The notes under the pieces are model-generated. The model searched no databases. It was given only the letters and a program-made list of their open reading frames with translations, and was not told the DNA's origin. A stretch of DNA of 64,000 nucleotides, taken from contig CM039003.1 of NCBI GenBank assembly GCA_017499595.2, positions 992,001 through 1,056,000 on the forward strand. Direction: 5' to 3'. The stretch is from Psilocybe cubensis (Eukaryota). The position numbers were made by a program, and so were the translations under genes. This document shows positions 13,779 to 26,461 of the stretch, one piece after another (the first letter of the stretch is position 1; each line of letters starts with the position of its first letter).

Positions 13779-16160
13779 AGTCGGTGTTTTGCGGTCGTAA
13801 GTTGTCTTTCCCTGCAGCCTAGTTGGCAAAAGGCAAAGAGCGAGAAGGAAAGGAAGTAGAAAACGGAGACAAAAACGCGTTATTAGTCGCGTCCGGCGCT
13901 GACCATAAGGCTGGAAGCTATGCGCATATGGGTGTCCAAAGGAAACCGCTTTCGGAGTCGGCTGTACCAAACTTACCACAATCGGTCTCTTTCTTCCACT
14001 CAACTCCGGCCACAATTGCCTCTCTGCCAACTTCACGTTTCTCACACGAGTCACCTCTCGTCTACTTCTTGACTCGACTCAATAACGGCTCTTCGGCTTC
14101 AATACAGCCACTATGCAAACTTTTCCAGGAATACTAGCCTGCCTGCGCGGACTGTGCAATGTCGTCACTCCTGACGGTAATTCATGGCTTTCATTTACAA
14201 GGCTTATGATTAATTGACAATGCTAATATAAGAGCAGATATAACATGGATATTAATCTCGGAAACTCGTTGAACAATGGATACATATAGATTTTAACACT
14301 TGTCACGGCCAGCCGCCATACCCCAACTTACTGGCTTAGGACTTGACACAATTGATTTATAGATAATATTCCAATTGTACTTCAGTTGTACATGTGTGCG
14401 TCAGCACGTTCGACGCATCCTCGCAGCGGGAAGGATGTCACCGAAGCCGAGAAACGCACAGAATTTACTCCAAGTCCAAATCTCTGAGAAAGATATCTCT
14501 GGTCGTCCGCGATCTCCATAAAGAGGAGGTAAACCAAAATTTCGGAGATTACGGTGCTCAATCTAGAGGGCTGTGTTACATGAGGCTCTGAAGCCCACTT
14601 TGGGAATGTCAGGTTTATTCGACGCAAGTAGAATGGAGATGTGGCTGGAAAGAGAGAGCCTTGGGAACCTTCCATTACCACGAAGTCCTTGCACGCGGCA
14701 AATTGCTGCCCTAGCACATACCTACCACATACGTAGGTGCAAAGTACCCGTAGGTTTAAGTAGCACACGGTTGACTTAGCATGACATTAAGTGAGCCGTG
14801 CAGAGAACATCAGGAAGTGAACGATACCCCAGGAGACTAGAAAACCAGAGGTAGGGCAAATACCCTTGGATCGTTGGAAGTTTCAGACTCCAGTTCAGGT
14901 GGTACTTATGCCATCCAGATGGTAGGTGGCGGCGGCACATCCCAACTACAGTCATACCAGATATGACAACGCCAGCCCAATATCCAGATTTGGTGCCCTA
15001 ATGACGAGGATGATTAAAAAAGGGTGCAAAAAGAACAAAAGCAAGCCGCTATTTCAAGAAACGTCGTCCTTGCCATTCCGAGTTCCGGCAGGTGTAAAAA
15101 TACCTGTAAAGATGTAGTTTTCCCGCACGTCAGATTATAGCTAGCACTGGCGCCAGGCATTACTATTAGCCATTGTTCCCTTGAAAGAGCATCGCGGAAG
15201 GAAGTGTCAATGGGTCGCCAGTCATCCACTTCCTCGACCTTGCCAAACACGATACAAACAGTGGATGTCGGAATGGAATAAGCTCTCGGTAAAGAGCAGG
15301 GGTTGAGCCAGATAGTTGGCAGTAATGGGAACCTTGGGCGAAGTACCGTCGACGCAGAGTAGAGGATGAGCGGGATAAAACAGTCGGACCTCGTGGTCAG
15401 TGATCCGGTGCCCAGACAAAGCCGGTCGTTATTTGAACTCAGCTTTGTTGAACTCAGCTTGGTTCTCAACTTCGTATTTCTGTATAAAATAAATTGCGTA
15501 TGTTTTTAGAGCAAATTTTGATTTGTGGAGGCCCTCTGAAACGCTTTCTTTGATTTCTAAAGTTCAAGCTGGAGTGAAAATTAGAAAGGGTCGTTTTAAT
15601 GCGTTCACGGCAACAGCTCATAAATTTCGACTCCGATTGACTCAGCGCAGGACGTAAGTTTCGGAATCAGCGTCCGTCACTTCCCACTTCCCATCCATGC
15701 CTGATCCATGCTTTTCAAAATCTAACCCATGTCACTTCAGATAGAAATTTGATTTTGAAATTCCGTTCTCGAAAGAGCGCGGCGAGGTACTGGACACGTG
15801 CATTCTGAACCAAAGGCAGTGTCGGACAAGGTGTGTGTCGAATCCCAAATTTCCGTCTGGTCCAGACGTGAACGCGTGAACGGTGAAGGATGCCATAATG
15901 CTCCCCGCATTCGCATTTATCAGGCCGTCTGTATCTTCAACATCTTACCCAGAACCCTTTCATCGTACACTTCGACAGATAATGATGAGAAGGAATTGAG
16001 CGGTCGATGATCGTGTTGGTAAAGGTAAACTTGACAAATGGGATAAGTATCCAGTATCGCACGTGTAGTCGCCGTGGGAATCGATGAAAATTGACGCTCG
16101 CCTTGTCGCCACACTTAATTTTATACTTGCAAAACTATCACCACCCCAAGGGTCGGCAGA

Positions 16161-17743
16161 ATGGGCGCTTCGGTGAGTTCTTCACAACTATGTCTCAAAA
16201 GCCTGAAAATTTATGCAGTCAGGTCCCAAGCCCAACGGTGAATTTTTCATATGTTGCTGGAGAATCAGGCGATATATCAGAGCGGGTAGCCTTCTGGGAC
16301 GCTCCATCTACCGTGCAATGGTTTCGGGACCATGGCTACATTTTATATCAACGAGGACCACCTCAAATTGCCGATGAGCCATCCGAGCTCACATTCCCAT
16401 CCAACTCATCGACAGAGGCGTCAGCTGCCGATTACCCGTATGCCCACTATGATTTGACCGACACCCTTTGGGCTAGAGAATCGGAGGTATGCTTGCAGTG
16501 AACTACACTAGCCAATGTCCCTGTTAACCGAGGACTGAATCCCTCCAGGCCAAAGTAGTCTTCGCACAGAACTCACTCAACCATCATGTAGCCATCAAAC
16601 TGGTCAAGGCCGATACCGACGAACTAAAAATTCTGCAATTCTTGAAAACATTAGACTTAAATGTGCTCAGAGACAATTGCGTTATTCCTGTCCTCGACAT
16701 CTTATCTATTGAGGGGTTCTCTTTTGTGGTAATGCCCAGGTTACTCTTAAAACTGCGCCTTTGAAGTTTACCTTTAATGCTCATGACTTTACTTTTAGAT
16801 GGGGAATTTACCCGCTGCACCCTTGGCCACAAACGTTGCGAGACTTGCTGATGTTAATGCACTCTCAACTCAGAGTAAGTAGTACCCCAGTTTTCTCATT
16901 CTTTGTAATGAACTTTTGTTGTCTAGGCCTTAAACTTCTTGCATAAACATAATATTGCTCATAGAGTGAGTCGATACAAGTGGTACCTTGCAACTTCATA
17001 TTTATCACCTCCAGGATATCAACGAAGGCAACTTCTTGGTGAATCACTGTGTTCATGACGATGATGCACTGCAATCAACAGTCAGAAAGGAATTACGCTC
17101 CCAAAATCACCTGTTATACGCCATTTTCGACTTCGACCACTCGGTCAAGTTGCCACCTGGCGTCGATAGGTCTCAATTTCGCCTTCCATATAAAAAATCA
17201 TGGGGTTCTATCAATGTCATCTCTGATACCGCACAAGGAGAGTATGATTTCAATCCATTCATCTTCGATGTTGGCGCGCTCGGTGTGCTTTTCTGTTACA
17301 AATATCAGGTACGCGGCTCGCTCTTTGTACTTTCGCACACCTTTTTCTGAAAGGTTGTTTGACTTTAGCACTTAACTCCGCAGCTTCCCATCTTCGCTCC
17401 TTTTTTCGACAGGCTGACGACTCGTAATCTTTCTCTCCGTTTCACCGCCTCTGAAGCACTTTCCTTCTTTGAAACTATAATACTGCCGTCATGTTCTACA
17501 GCTCAACTTGAACAAAAAATCGCAAAACTTGTCGGACAATTGCCTCCACAATACGACAGATGTAACCGGTGGGAGCATCTCAGCCCAGAGTTTATAAGTC
17601 AATGGAAACATTATTGTGAACCCCCCATACCTTGGACAACGTCTTTGCTACGTAAAATCTGTTCCCAGTCTTGGGCTCGCCACACTGTTCCCCGAATACG
17701 TCGCTTACTGGCGTGGATTTCTTTACCGTTTCACTATAATTGA
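16161..17743 (+). CDS. Atypical fungal protein kinase-like protein (AgaK1-like), tandem copy 1
   Basis: Exons encode HVAIKLVK, NIAHR|DINEGNFLVN, YAIFDFD, DTAQGEYDFNPFIFDVGALG, APFFDRLTT..RFTASEAL. Start is uncertain: 16161 with a 50-nt intron, or 16190. Confidence 0.8.
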
Positions 17744-17951
17744 TAATTTAAACCGTTTTGTTTGTAGACCACGTTGATGTCACGGTTCTATATCTAAATA
17801 TGAATCTATATTTTCTATATTGAAATGGCTATACGCCATGTTGAAGGTGGCAAATTGTTCCACGAAATTTGTCTGACTTGGCAGACCTTTCTCCGCAAAA
17901 AAGGTTGGTTGACTTCTATAATTGGAAATTGAAGGTTCAACTAGATCAACC

Positions 17952-19542
17952 ATGTCGGACAAAAAGGTATGACAGCGCAATATGAAATTACTTCACATTA
18001 GTCTAACAAATATAATTTACCCTAGAATCCAGGCATAGCAGTCAATTTCTCGCTTGTCGCAGGGGAATCAGGGGATATAGCAGAGCGGATAGCCTTCTGG
18101 GACGCTCCATTGACCGTGCAATGGTTTCGGGACCATGGCTACATCTTGTATCAACGAGGGCCACCTGAAATTGGAGATGAGCCTTCCCAACTCACATTCC
18201 CATCCCATTCATCGACAGAGGCGTCAGCTGCCGATTACCCATATGCGTACTATGACCTGACCCACAACCTTGGGGCTAGAGATTCCGAGGTATGCTTGCG
18301 GTGAACGAAAGTAACCAACCTCGTTAATTGACGAGTTACTCTCTCCAGGCCAAAGTAGTCTTCGCACAGAATTCACTCAACCATCATGTGGCAATCAAAT
18401 TGGTCAAGGCCGATACCGACGAACTAAAAATTCTACAATTCTTGAAAACAGTAGACTTAAATGTGCTCAAAGACAATTGCGTTATTCCTATCCTCGACAT
18501 CTTACCCATTGAGGGATTCTCTTTTGTGGTAATGCCCAGGTTACTCTTAACACTACGCCTTTGAAGTTTGCCACTATACTAATGATTTTACTTTTAGATG
18601 GGGAATTTACCCATTTCGTCCATGGCCACGAACGTTGCGTGAATTGCTAGGGTTGATACATTCTAAACTCAGAGTAAGTAGTGCCACACCATTCTGATTC
18701 TTTATAATGAACCTTTGTTGTCTAGGCCTTAAACTTCTTGCATGAACATAATATTGCTCATAGAGTGAGTTGTTACAAGCGGCACCTTCCAGCTTCATAT
18801 TTATCACCTCCAGGATATCAACGAAGGCAACTTCTTAGTGAACCACTGTCTTCATGACGATTACGTACTACATCCAACAATCAGAAGGGAATTGCGCTCT
18901 CAAGATCGTCTGTTATATGCGATTTTTGACTTTGATCAGTCTATCAAGTTGCCACATGGTGTCGATAGGTCCCAATTCCGCCTTCCGTACTACAAATCAT
19001 GGGGTACATACAACGTCGTCTCTGACACGGCACAAGGAGAGTACGATTTCAATCCATTTATCTTCGATGTTGGTGCACTCGGCGTGATTTTCTGTCGGCG
19101 CTTTCAGGTGCATGGTTAATCTTTTGCAATTTCTTTTGCTATTTCCTGATATATTGCTTGATTATAGCACCTAACTCCTCAGTTTCCTACCTTCGCTCCT
19201 TTCTTGGACAGACTCACGACTCGTAACCTTTCTTTTCGCTTCACTGCCTCCGAAGCACTTTCTTTTTTTGAAACTATATTATTACCATCATTTACTACAG
19301 CTCAACTCGAACAAGAAATAGCAAGTCTCAACGGGAAGCACGCTCCACGATACGATATGTATGACCGGTGGGAACATCTCCCCCCAGAGTTTATACGTCA
19401 ATGGAAACATTATCGCGAACCCCCCCTACCTTGGAGAATAACTTTGCTGCGTAGAATCTGTCTCCAGCCTTGGGCTTGCCACACTGTTCCCCGAATCCGT
19501 CGTTTACTGAACTGGATTTCTTCACCGTTTCGCCATAATTGA
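17952..19542 (+). CDS. Atypical fungal protein kinase-like protein (AgaK1-like), tandem copy 2
   Basis: ATG TCG GAC AAA AAG|intron|NPGIAVNFS...; same exon layout and motifs as copy 1 (VAIKLV, HRDINEGN, DFD, QGEYDFNPFIFDVG). Confidence 0.8.
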
Positions 19543-19670
19543 TAATCTAAACCGTTTTGTTAGTAGACCACGTTTATGTCACGGTTCTATATCTAAATAT
19601 GAATCTATATTTTCTATATTGAAATGGCTATATACCACGTTGAAGGTGGCAAATTGTTCCACAAGACTTT

Positions 19671-20114
19671 AGTGCTACTCAATTCTCTTTTTTACGATGT
19701 TGTTTAATTTTTAAAACATGTGGATCAGTTTAGCCGACGTGCTTGGTAGTAAATTCATGTGGTGTATACTGATGGTGTGCCTTTCTGAGTTTGAATGAGC
19801 TTGAAAGCGGCCAACATGCCGACCGCAGCAACGGCGTCTTTTTTCTCTTTGCGCGCGTTTTCAGCTATGTCTGTCTCTCTAACGCGCGAGTACGCGCCAT
19901 ATTAGAAGAAATATATACGAATAGGGGGATTCTAGCGAAGATGATTAGATGGCTACTGATAACTTTGAGAACGGCCGTTCGGCATGGGTATTGATAGATT
20001 CAAATACCGCCATGATGTGCACCACATGAATTTACTACCAAGCACGTCGGCTAAACTGATCCACATGGTTTTAAAAATTAAACAACATCGTAAAAAAGAG
20101 AATTGAGTAGCACT
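19671..20114. mobile_element. MITE, 444 bp, about 94-bp terminal inverted repeats, TTT target-site duplication
   Basis: 19671-19764 (agtgctactcaattctc...catgtggtg) is the reverse complement of 20020-20114 apart from one 1-nt indel. ttt flanks both ends. The element is absent from the paralogous spacers near 17862 and 21905. Confidence 0.92.
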
Positions 20115-20205
20115 TTTATCATTTGTCTGACTTGGCAGACCTGTCTCCGCAAAAAAGGTTGGTTGACTTCTATAATTGGAAATTCAAGGTTCAACTAGAT
20201 CAACC

Positions 20206-21789
20206 ATGTCGGACAAAAAGGTATGACAGTGCAATGTGAAATTACTTCACATTAGTCTAACAAATATAATTTGCCCTAGAATCCAGGTATAGCAGTCACT
20301 TTCTCACTCGTCGCTGGTGAACCAGGGGATATAGTAGAGCGCGCAGCCTTCTGGGACGCTCCTTCCACCGTGCAATGGTTTCGCGACCAAGGCTACATTT
20401 TATATCAACGAGGGGAACCCGAAGTCGATGATTTACCTTCCCCGTACACATTTCCACCCCATTCGCCGACACAGGCATCCATTGCTGATTACCCATATCC
20501 TCACTATGATCTGAGCCACACCCTTTGCTCTAGAGAACCCAAGGTAAGTTTGCACAAAATAAGTAATGGACATATCTACTGACTGGTTCGTTACTTTTGG
20601 AGGGAAAAGTAGTCTTCGCACTGAACTCGCTCAACCAACATGTAGCAATCAAGCTGGTCAAGGCTGATACCGACGAACTAACAATTCTACAGTTTTTAAA
20701 AATGTTAGATTTAAATGTGCTCAGAGACAATTGCGTTATTCCTGTCCTCGATATCTTACCTATTGAAGGATTCTCCTTTGTCGTAATGCCCAGGTATTTG
20801 TTGACACATTAACCTCGTTTTCGGTTTGTACTCAAGATTCTTCAATCAGATGGGGGATAGACGCGCCCTTCCCAAGTCCAGAGACATTACGCGAGCTGCT
20901 AACTTGGATTCACTCTCAAATCAAAGTATGTACCATATGGCGCAAGAAACCAACTTTCTCAAGGCAGTGAACTTCCTGCACGAACACAATATAACCCATA
21001 GAGTGAGTTGTACCTGGGCATGTCCTCCCAACGATCTCATATTCACTTCCTTCAGGATATTAAACTAAGCAACTTTTTAGTAAACCACTGCGTTCATGAC
21101 GACTACACAATAGAATCGACACACAGAAAAGAATTACGCTCCCAAAATCGCCTGTTATACGCCATTTTCGACTTCGACCACTCGATCAAGTTGCCACCTG
21201 GCGTCGATAGGTCTCAATTCCGCCTTCCATATAAAAAATCATGGGGCACATTCAATGTCGTCAATGACACTGCGCAAGGAGAGCCTGATTTCAATCCGTT
21301 TGTCTTCGATGTTGGTACGCTCGGCGTGTTTTTTTGCCAACGTTATCAGGTACATGTTAACCCTTTTTACCTTCTTTTATCATCTTCTGAAAGGTTGTCT
21401 GATTATAGCACTTGACTCGTCAAATTCACATCTTCGCCCCCTTTTTTGACAGACTAACGACACGTAACCTCTCTTTTCGCTTTACTGCGTCTGAAGCACT
21501 TTCTTTCTTTGAAACGATTATATTACCATCGTTTTCTGCAGCTGAACTCGATCAAGAGATACTACTAGAGCGCGATGTAGCATGGCATATACCATACGAT
21601 ACATATGATCGTTGGGAGAATCTCCCCCCAGAGTTCATACGCCAATGGGAGCATTATCGGGAGCCCCCCCTACGTTGGACAACGACTTTGCTACGTAAAA
21701 TCTGTCTCCAGCCTTGGGGCTGGCACACTGTTCCTCAAATCCGTCGTTTACTGGCATGCATTTCTTCACCGTTTCGCCATAAGCAATAA
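20206..21789 (+). CDS. Atypical fungal protein kinase-like protein (AgaK1-like), tandem copy 3
   Basis: Same exon layout, with HVAIKLVK, ITHR|DIKLSNFLVN, YAIFDFD, DTAQGEPDFNPFVFDVG. The model requires a GAG acceptor at 20600-20602 and a 38-nt intron at 20926-20963. Confidence 0.72.
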
Positions 21790-23433
21790 TTCAAACCGTT
21801 TTTTAGTAGACCACGCTTATGTTATTAAGATTCTATATCTAGAATCAATTCATGTTTTGCATATCGGAACTCCTACCGCATTGAAGATAGTGCATTGCTC
21901 CACGCGACGTTACCCTTTCGACTTGTCCTCAACAGACCCTATCTCCACAAAATGGGTCTAATCTTAGTCCCTGTTCATCGCAATCCAGCTTATCTGACAC
22001 CAAAGATGATTGATTCCTGATCACTATCATGGTCAGGGTAAGTTCCAAAAATACCAATGACGCCTCGAGGAATCTAACCGCTATTTTATCGTCTTATTCA
22101 ATTAGCTTCCACTGGTCCCGACCGATGTCAACGTAAATCCGATGTAAATGGCAGAGGAAACGTGTTTTGAGGAACGGAACGGAAATTTTGACACTCGTTA
22201 TGACGAATTGAATTGGGATATCCCGAACGCTAGAAAGAACCCCAAGAGTTCAGAAAGACGTCGCATCCATTATCATAAGGTTTATCGGCCATAGCGTCTG
22301 GTTCGCCGTGAGTTGTTGAATCCGTGAACGTCTCTCATGTATTCCGACCGATGAACTACTATCATCTTTCTTCTCGGAGTGCGGTGATAGGTTTTCAGAT
22401 GCCTAGTGTAAATGCCGCTGTAAGTGACCGGAGTGGGCTTTTGCAAAATAATTAGGGGCAAGAAAGCATCTACTACAAGAGGCCCGATAAAGGAATCAAG
22501 GAGCGGAGAGATCCCTGAGTTGGCACGGACTTTAGAGTCTGAGAAACATAGGGGTGTTTGAAAGACAAGCATGTTCAACGCCAGTAGTAGACCAAGGGCT
22601 CCACGTGAAAATCGTAAATTGAACGAAGAGTGCCGTTCTGGACAGCTTTTGCTGCATAGTTTGCTACTCTTGATCAATTTCTTGACGCTTTGCCTTGGTT
22701 GCAATGTATAGATCATACATCCTCAGCCAGCCGAAGCTACGTCGCTGTGGGACATCAAGAGCATGCATGTTGTGATGTTTGAAAGCCTCCAGATGGTCAA
22801 TAGCGACAAAAATAGAGAAGATCATAGCAGACCACATATGCAATCACCAGCAAGAACACCCTCGTTAATAATCCATAACCTAAGCCTTTATGGTCTTCAG
22901 TACGAAATGAAGTTGAAAAGTCGTTCTCGACACGGTCGTAATTGGTGACATATTCTGCCGAGTTCGAGGTAGTGTAAAGTTCTATACACAATGACGCGTT
23001 GAAAGCATAGTGAATGGCAGTTGGCAGTAGGTTGTCGTGAGAGGATGGAAGGACATTGTGGCCGTCGTGAAGGTTTCAAAAATTCTCGGCTAGATCAGGT
23101 TACAATCAATAGGATCACGGGTGCGCCTGTTATATCCACAGACCTTGGCCGGCCCATGGTTGATTTAGACCATGGAGCACATAAAATGGATTACAAGCAA
23201 ATCGTTCTTCTTTCCCTTACCACCACCTTCTCCCCTTCTCTCCGTTTCTTCTTGGGTTATTCGACTAGTTCGAGCCCCCTTTTTCATTTTATTCCTACGC
23301 CAGACGTAGTTTTCTTCGTGAACAACTTGATTGTTGTGCCGTCCTTCCGTTCCTTCCATTAACCTCTTGAAGAAGAGTAAAAATATTCAAAGAAAACATA
23401 TAGCTTTGACTTTGCTTCCTCTGGCTTGTCATC

Positions 23434-24898
23434 ATGAAGTTCATCGATACTGCTTTTATTTTCTCTGCTGTTATCGTGTCTGTGTCTGCGGGCCCTCTGC
23501 GACTCTCGCGACGTGCAGTGGACCCCTCACTGGTCCCACAATTTGGCGTCAATCCTGGTGTTAACCCTACTGGAACGGGTGATTGTGACGGTATCCCAAA
23601 TGCCCAGGGCGTTCCCATTAAGATCCCTTGTTCTTGCCCTCCCGATCGCAACTCATTCATTCAGGTATGACTAGACTGTTATCTTGAACATGCCAAATAA
23701 ACTCATCGAAGCCAGTCCTTGAACGCCAACGTTGCTGCAGGCCATGCTGTCAATAACCCCGGCATCCAGGTCTCGTTCCCAGCGGACAACTCTCAGGCAT
23801 CCCAGCTTGCCCGTCTGAATGCTGCCACCGTGACGCTGCAAAATCTTAGGGGTCCAGGCGTAGGTTGCCCATCGGCTGCGACCACATTCAATGCTCAGGC
23901 GCAGGCCATTCGTGACGGCACAGCTGCGCCCTCTGCGCCTGCACCCCCTGCTGCACCTGCACCCCCCACGGCACCAGCTCCTCCTGCCACAGGTGGCGTT
24001 GACCCCAATTTAGTTCCACAATTCGGCGTCAATCCTGGTGTTAATCCCACTGGAACAGGCGATTGCGATGGTATCCCAAATGCCCAGGGTGTTCCCATTA
24101 AGATCCCTTGTTCTTGCCCTCCCGATCGTAATTCCTTCATCCAGGTAAGACTAAAGCGTTATATCATGTCCATAGACCGACCAAATGAATTCATATCCGC
24201 CACAGTCCTTGAATGCCAACGTTGCCGCTGGCCATGCTGTCAATAACCCTGGTATCCAGGTCTCGTTCCCATCTGACAACTCCAAGGCATCCCAACTTGC
24301 CCGTCTCAATGCCGCCACCGTCACCTTGCAGAACCTCAGGGGCCCAGGCGTAGGCTGCCCTTCTGCTGCAACGACATTCAACGCCCAGGCCCAGGCCATC
24401 CAGAACGGTACCCCTGCCCCTTCCGCCCCTGCTCCCCCCGCTGCACCTGCTCCCCCCGCGGCTCCAGCTCCTCCTGCCACAGGTGGCGTCGACCCCAATC
24501 TGGTGCCCCAATTCGGTCTTGCATCAGGCTTGAACCCCACCGGAACAGGAGACTGTGATGGGATTCCCAACGCACAAGGTGTTCCGATCAAGATCCCCTG
24601 CGCATGCCCTCCTGATCGCGATGCGTTCATCCAGGTATGAATATATGAATAACCATTGTGGTCTGGAACAAGCTAATTTTCTGCGCAGTCGTTGAACGCA
24701 AATGTTGCAGCGGGCCATGCAGTCCACAACCCGACAATCGCAGTTTCCTTCCCAACTGGAACCTCAAAAGCAGACCAACTCGCACGCCTCGACGCAGCTA
24801 CTGTGACATTGCAGAATCTGAACGGTCCCGGCCAAGGTTGCCCAGCTGCCTCCACGACTTTCAATGCCCAGCGCGCGGCAATCCAGAATGGTCCTTAA
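23434..24898 (+). CDS. Secreted protein of three tandem 4-Cys domains joined by Pro/Ala linkers, 4 exons
   Basis: Signal peptide MKFIDTAFIFSAVIVSVSA and a dibasic SRR site. Three repeats of VPQFG..PTGTGDCDG..KIPCxCPPDR..FIQ|SLNANVAAGHAV..LQNL.GPG.GCP. Introns 23665-23715, 24145-24205 and 24635-24688 lie at the same position in each repeat. Confidence 0.9.
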
Positions 24899-25297
24899 AT
24901 TGCAAGCTTAATCGCGATTGCACTGTGACAGACCACATATAACCTGTGACCCAAATGAGATACCCTAGCAGTACATTATCGATAACCTTCATGTCCGCAC
25001 AAATAATCATTTGTTTTCTTTTGAAAAAACAGAAGGATGATTCGCCATTAGGCACCCGACTTCAAATTTTCTGAAAAAGAATAGATGTTGACATCATTAA
25101 TGGCCATTAAAAAATTTTGGACATGGTTTTACGACAAGAAAGTAAGGTATACGATCTACATAACATTGAGCAAGATGCAACACGGAAATATAACTAGAGG
25201 GAACCATAAATGTAGAGCGAGCAACAAGATTGAACAAAATACCTGGACAGAAAAGTTAGTAAAAGAGTCCAATCATTCGAAGGAAACGATGAGAGAA

Positions 25298-25391
25298 AGG
25301 TTCAGAGGCTAGGTAAAAGTTGTCTGCAGGATGAGCAGCGATGTCTAGTCGCTTCTTGGAAACACGGACCATAGCGGTGTCATCCGTTGGG
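25298..25391 (-). ncRNA. Intronic box C/D snoRNA, U18/snR18-like, with a guide to 25S rRNA
   Basis: Minus strand shows a C-box-like cGGATGA (25386-25380), a 13-nt guide TGGTCCGTGTTTC (25371-25359) antisense to the conserved LSU rRNA sequence GAAACACGGACCA, and a D box CTGA (25305-25302). It lies within a 192-nt GTGAGT...ACTAAC...CAG intron (25434-25243). The D' box is non-canonical. Confidence 0.7.
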
Positions 25392-26461
25392 AAAGGAAGA
25401 GTGGCGAAAAAGTGATTAGATAGAAGACACTCACAATATGACCCAACAAAAATTGAACCTATAAACTCCGCTGAGAACACAACCACTGCAGGAAGGAAGG
25501 GGTCATTAAGAAATACGAATAGGACCGGAGAAGAACAAGGAAAGCTCGGGCATCATGGTGGTGGAAGGAGAGAATGAGTCGTAAGGATGCCCAAAATTAA
25601 AATTTTTGTGGCTATATACATGGATGCGTGAGAAATATATCACATGAACATGATTACGGTTTTTGCCTAAGGTTAAGGCGGAGCTTAAATGCCACGTTTT
25701 TTCTGTGGTTTTTCAATTTGAAATTCGTTACCAGGGCTTTGTGGACCCACAGCAATCTTATAATCGTTTTCTCAACGTTTCAGATCCTCACAGCCGTTCG
25801 GTGTCCAACCAACCGATATTTTGTATTTCTTCTTCGATATGCCGCTCGAAATTTTTCTTCTCGACTTCGTGCATAGCTTCCATCATGATGAACGCATCTA
25901 TCCCCCCGGGTTCCTCGCCGATTCCTGAAACGTCGTGCTTTTGATTATTGTCTTACTCCTCCCCGACTGACCCTTGGGCCTTGGGCGCAACGGTGTGAGT
26001 ATAAACACTGCCCATTGCGCTGGGTAGGCAGAAGTTCCCGGAAACTGTACTAAGAAGCTCATCATGGAGTACGCTTCGTGACAGATTTATTTGATATCAG
26101 GAATTGGTGCGTTAATTTGGATCGAAGGGCTTGGTAGGACCCCTGACAATAGGCCCAGAGGACGTTCCCGAAAAAGGTCGATTTCTGGGTTTTTTGTCCG
26201 TCGCGATTTTCAAAATTTCTGTCCGGATATAGAACGACCTACCAATTTTTTCAAAAATTTGTCCGGAAATCGGGAACAACCCTCGGGAGGCCCAATTTGT
26301 GTCCGGACAGGCCTAAAAATCGATTTTTTCGCCGCTGCGCGCGTTCAGCTGAGTTCAGTTGCAAATGGGATGCTTCAGAACAATGTTAAGAATCACTGTA
26401 ATAAAAAAAACCTGCCTAGTACAATACAAAACCATAAAACGAGTATGCGATGCAAAAAAAG

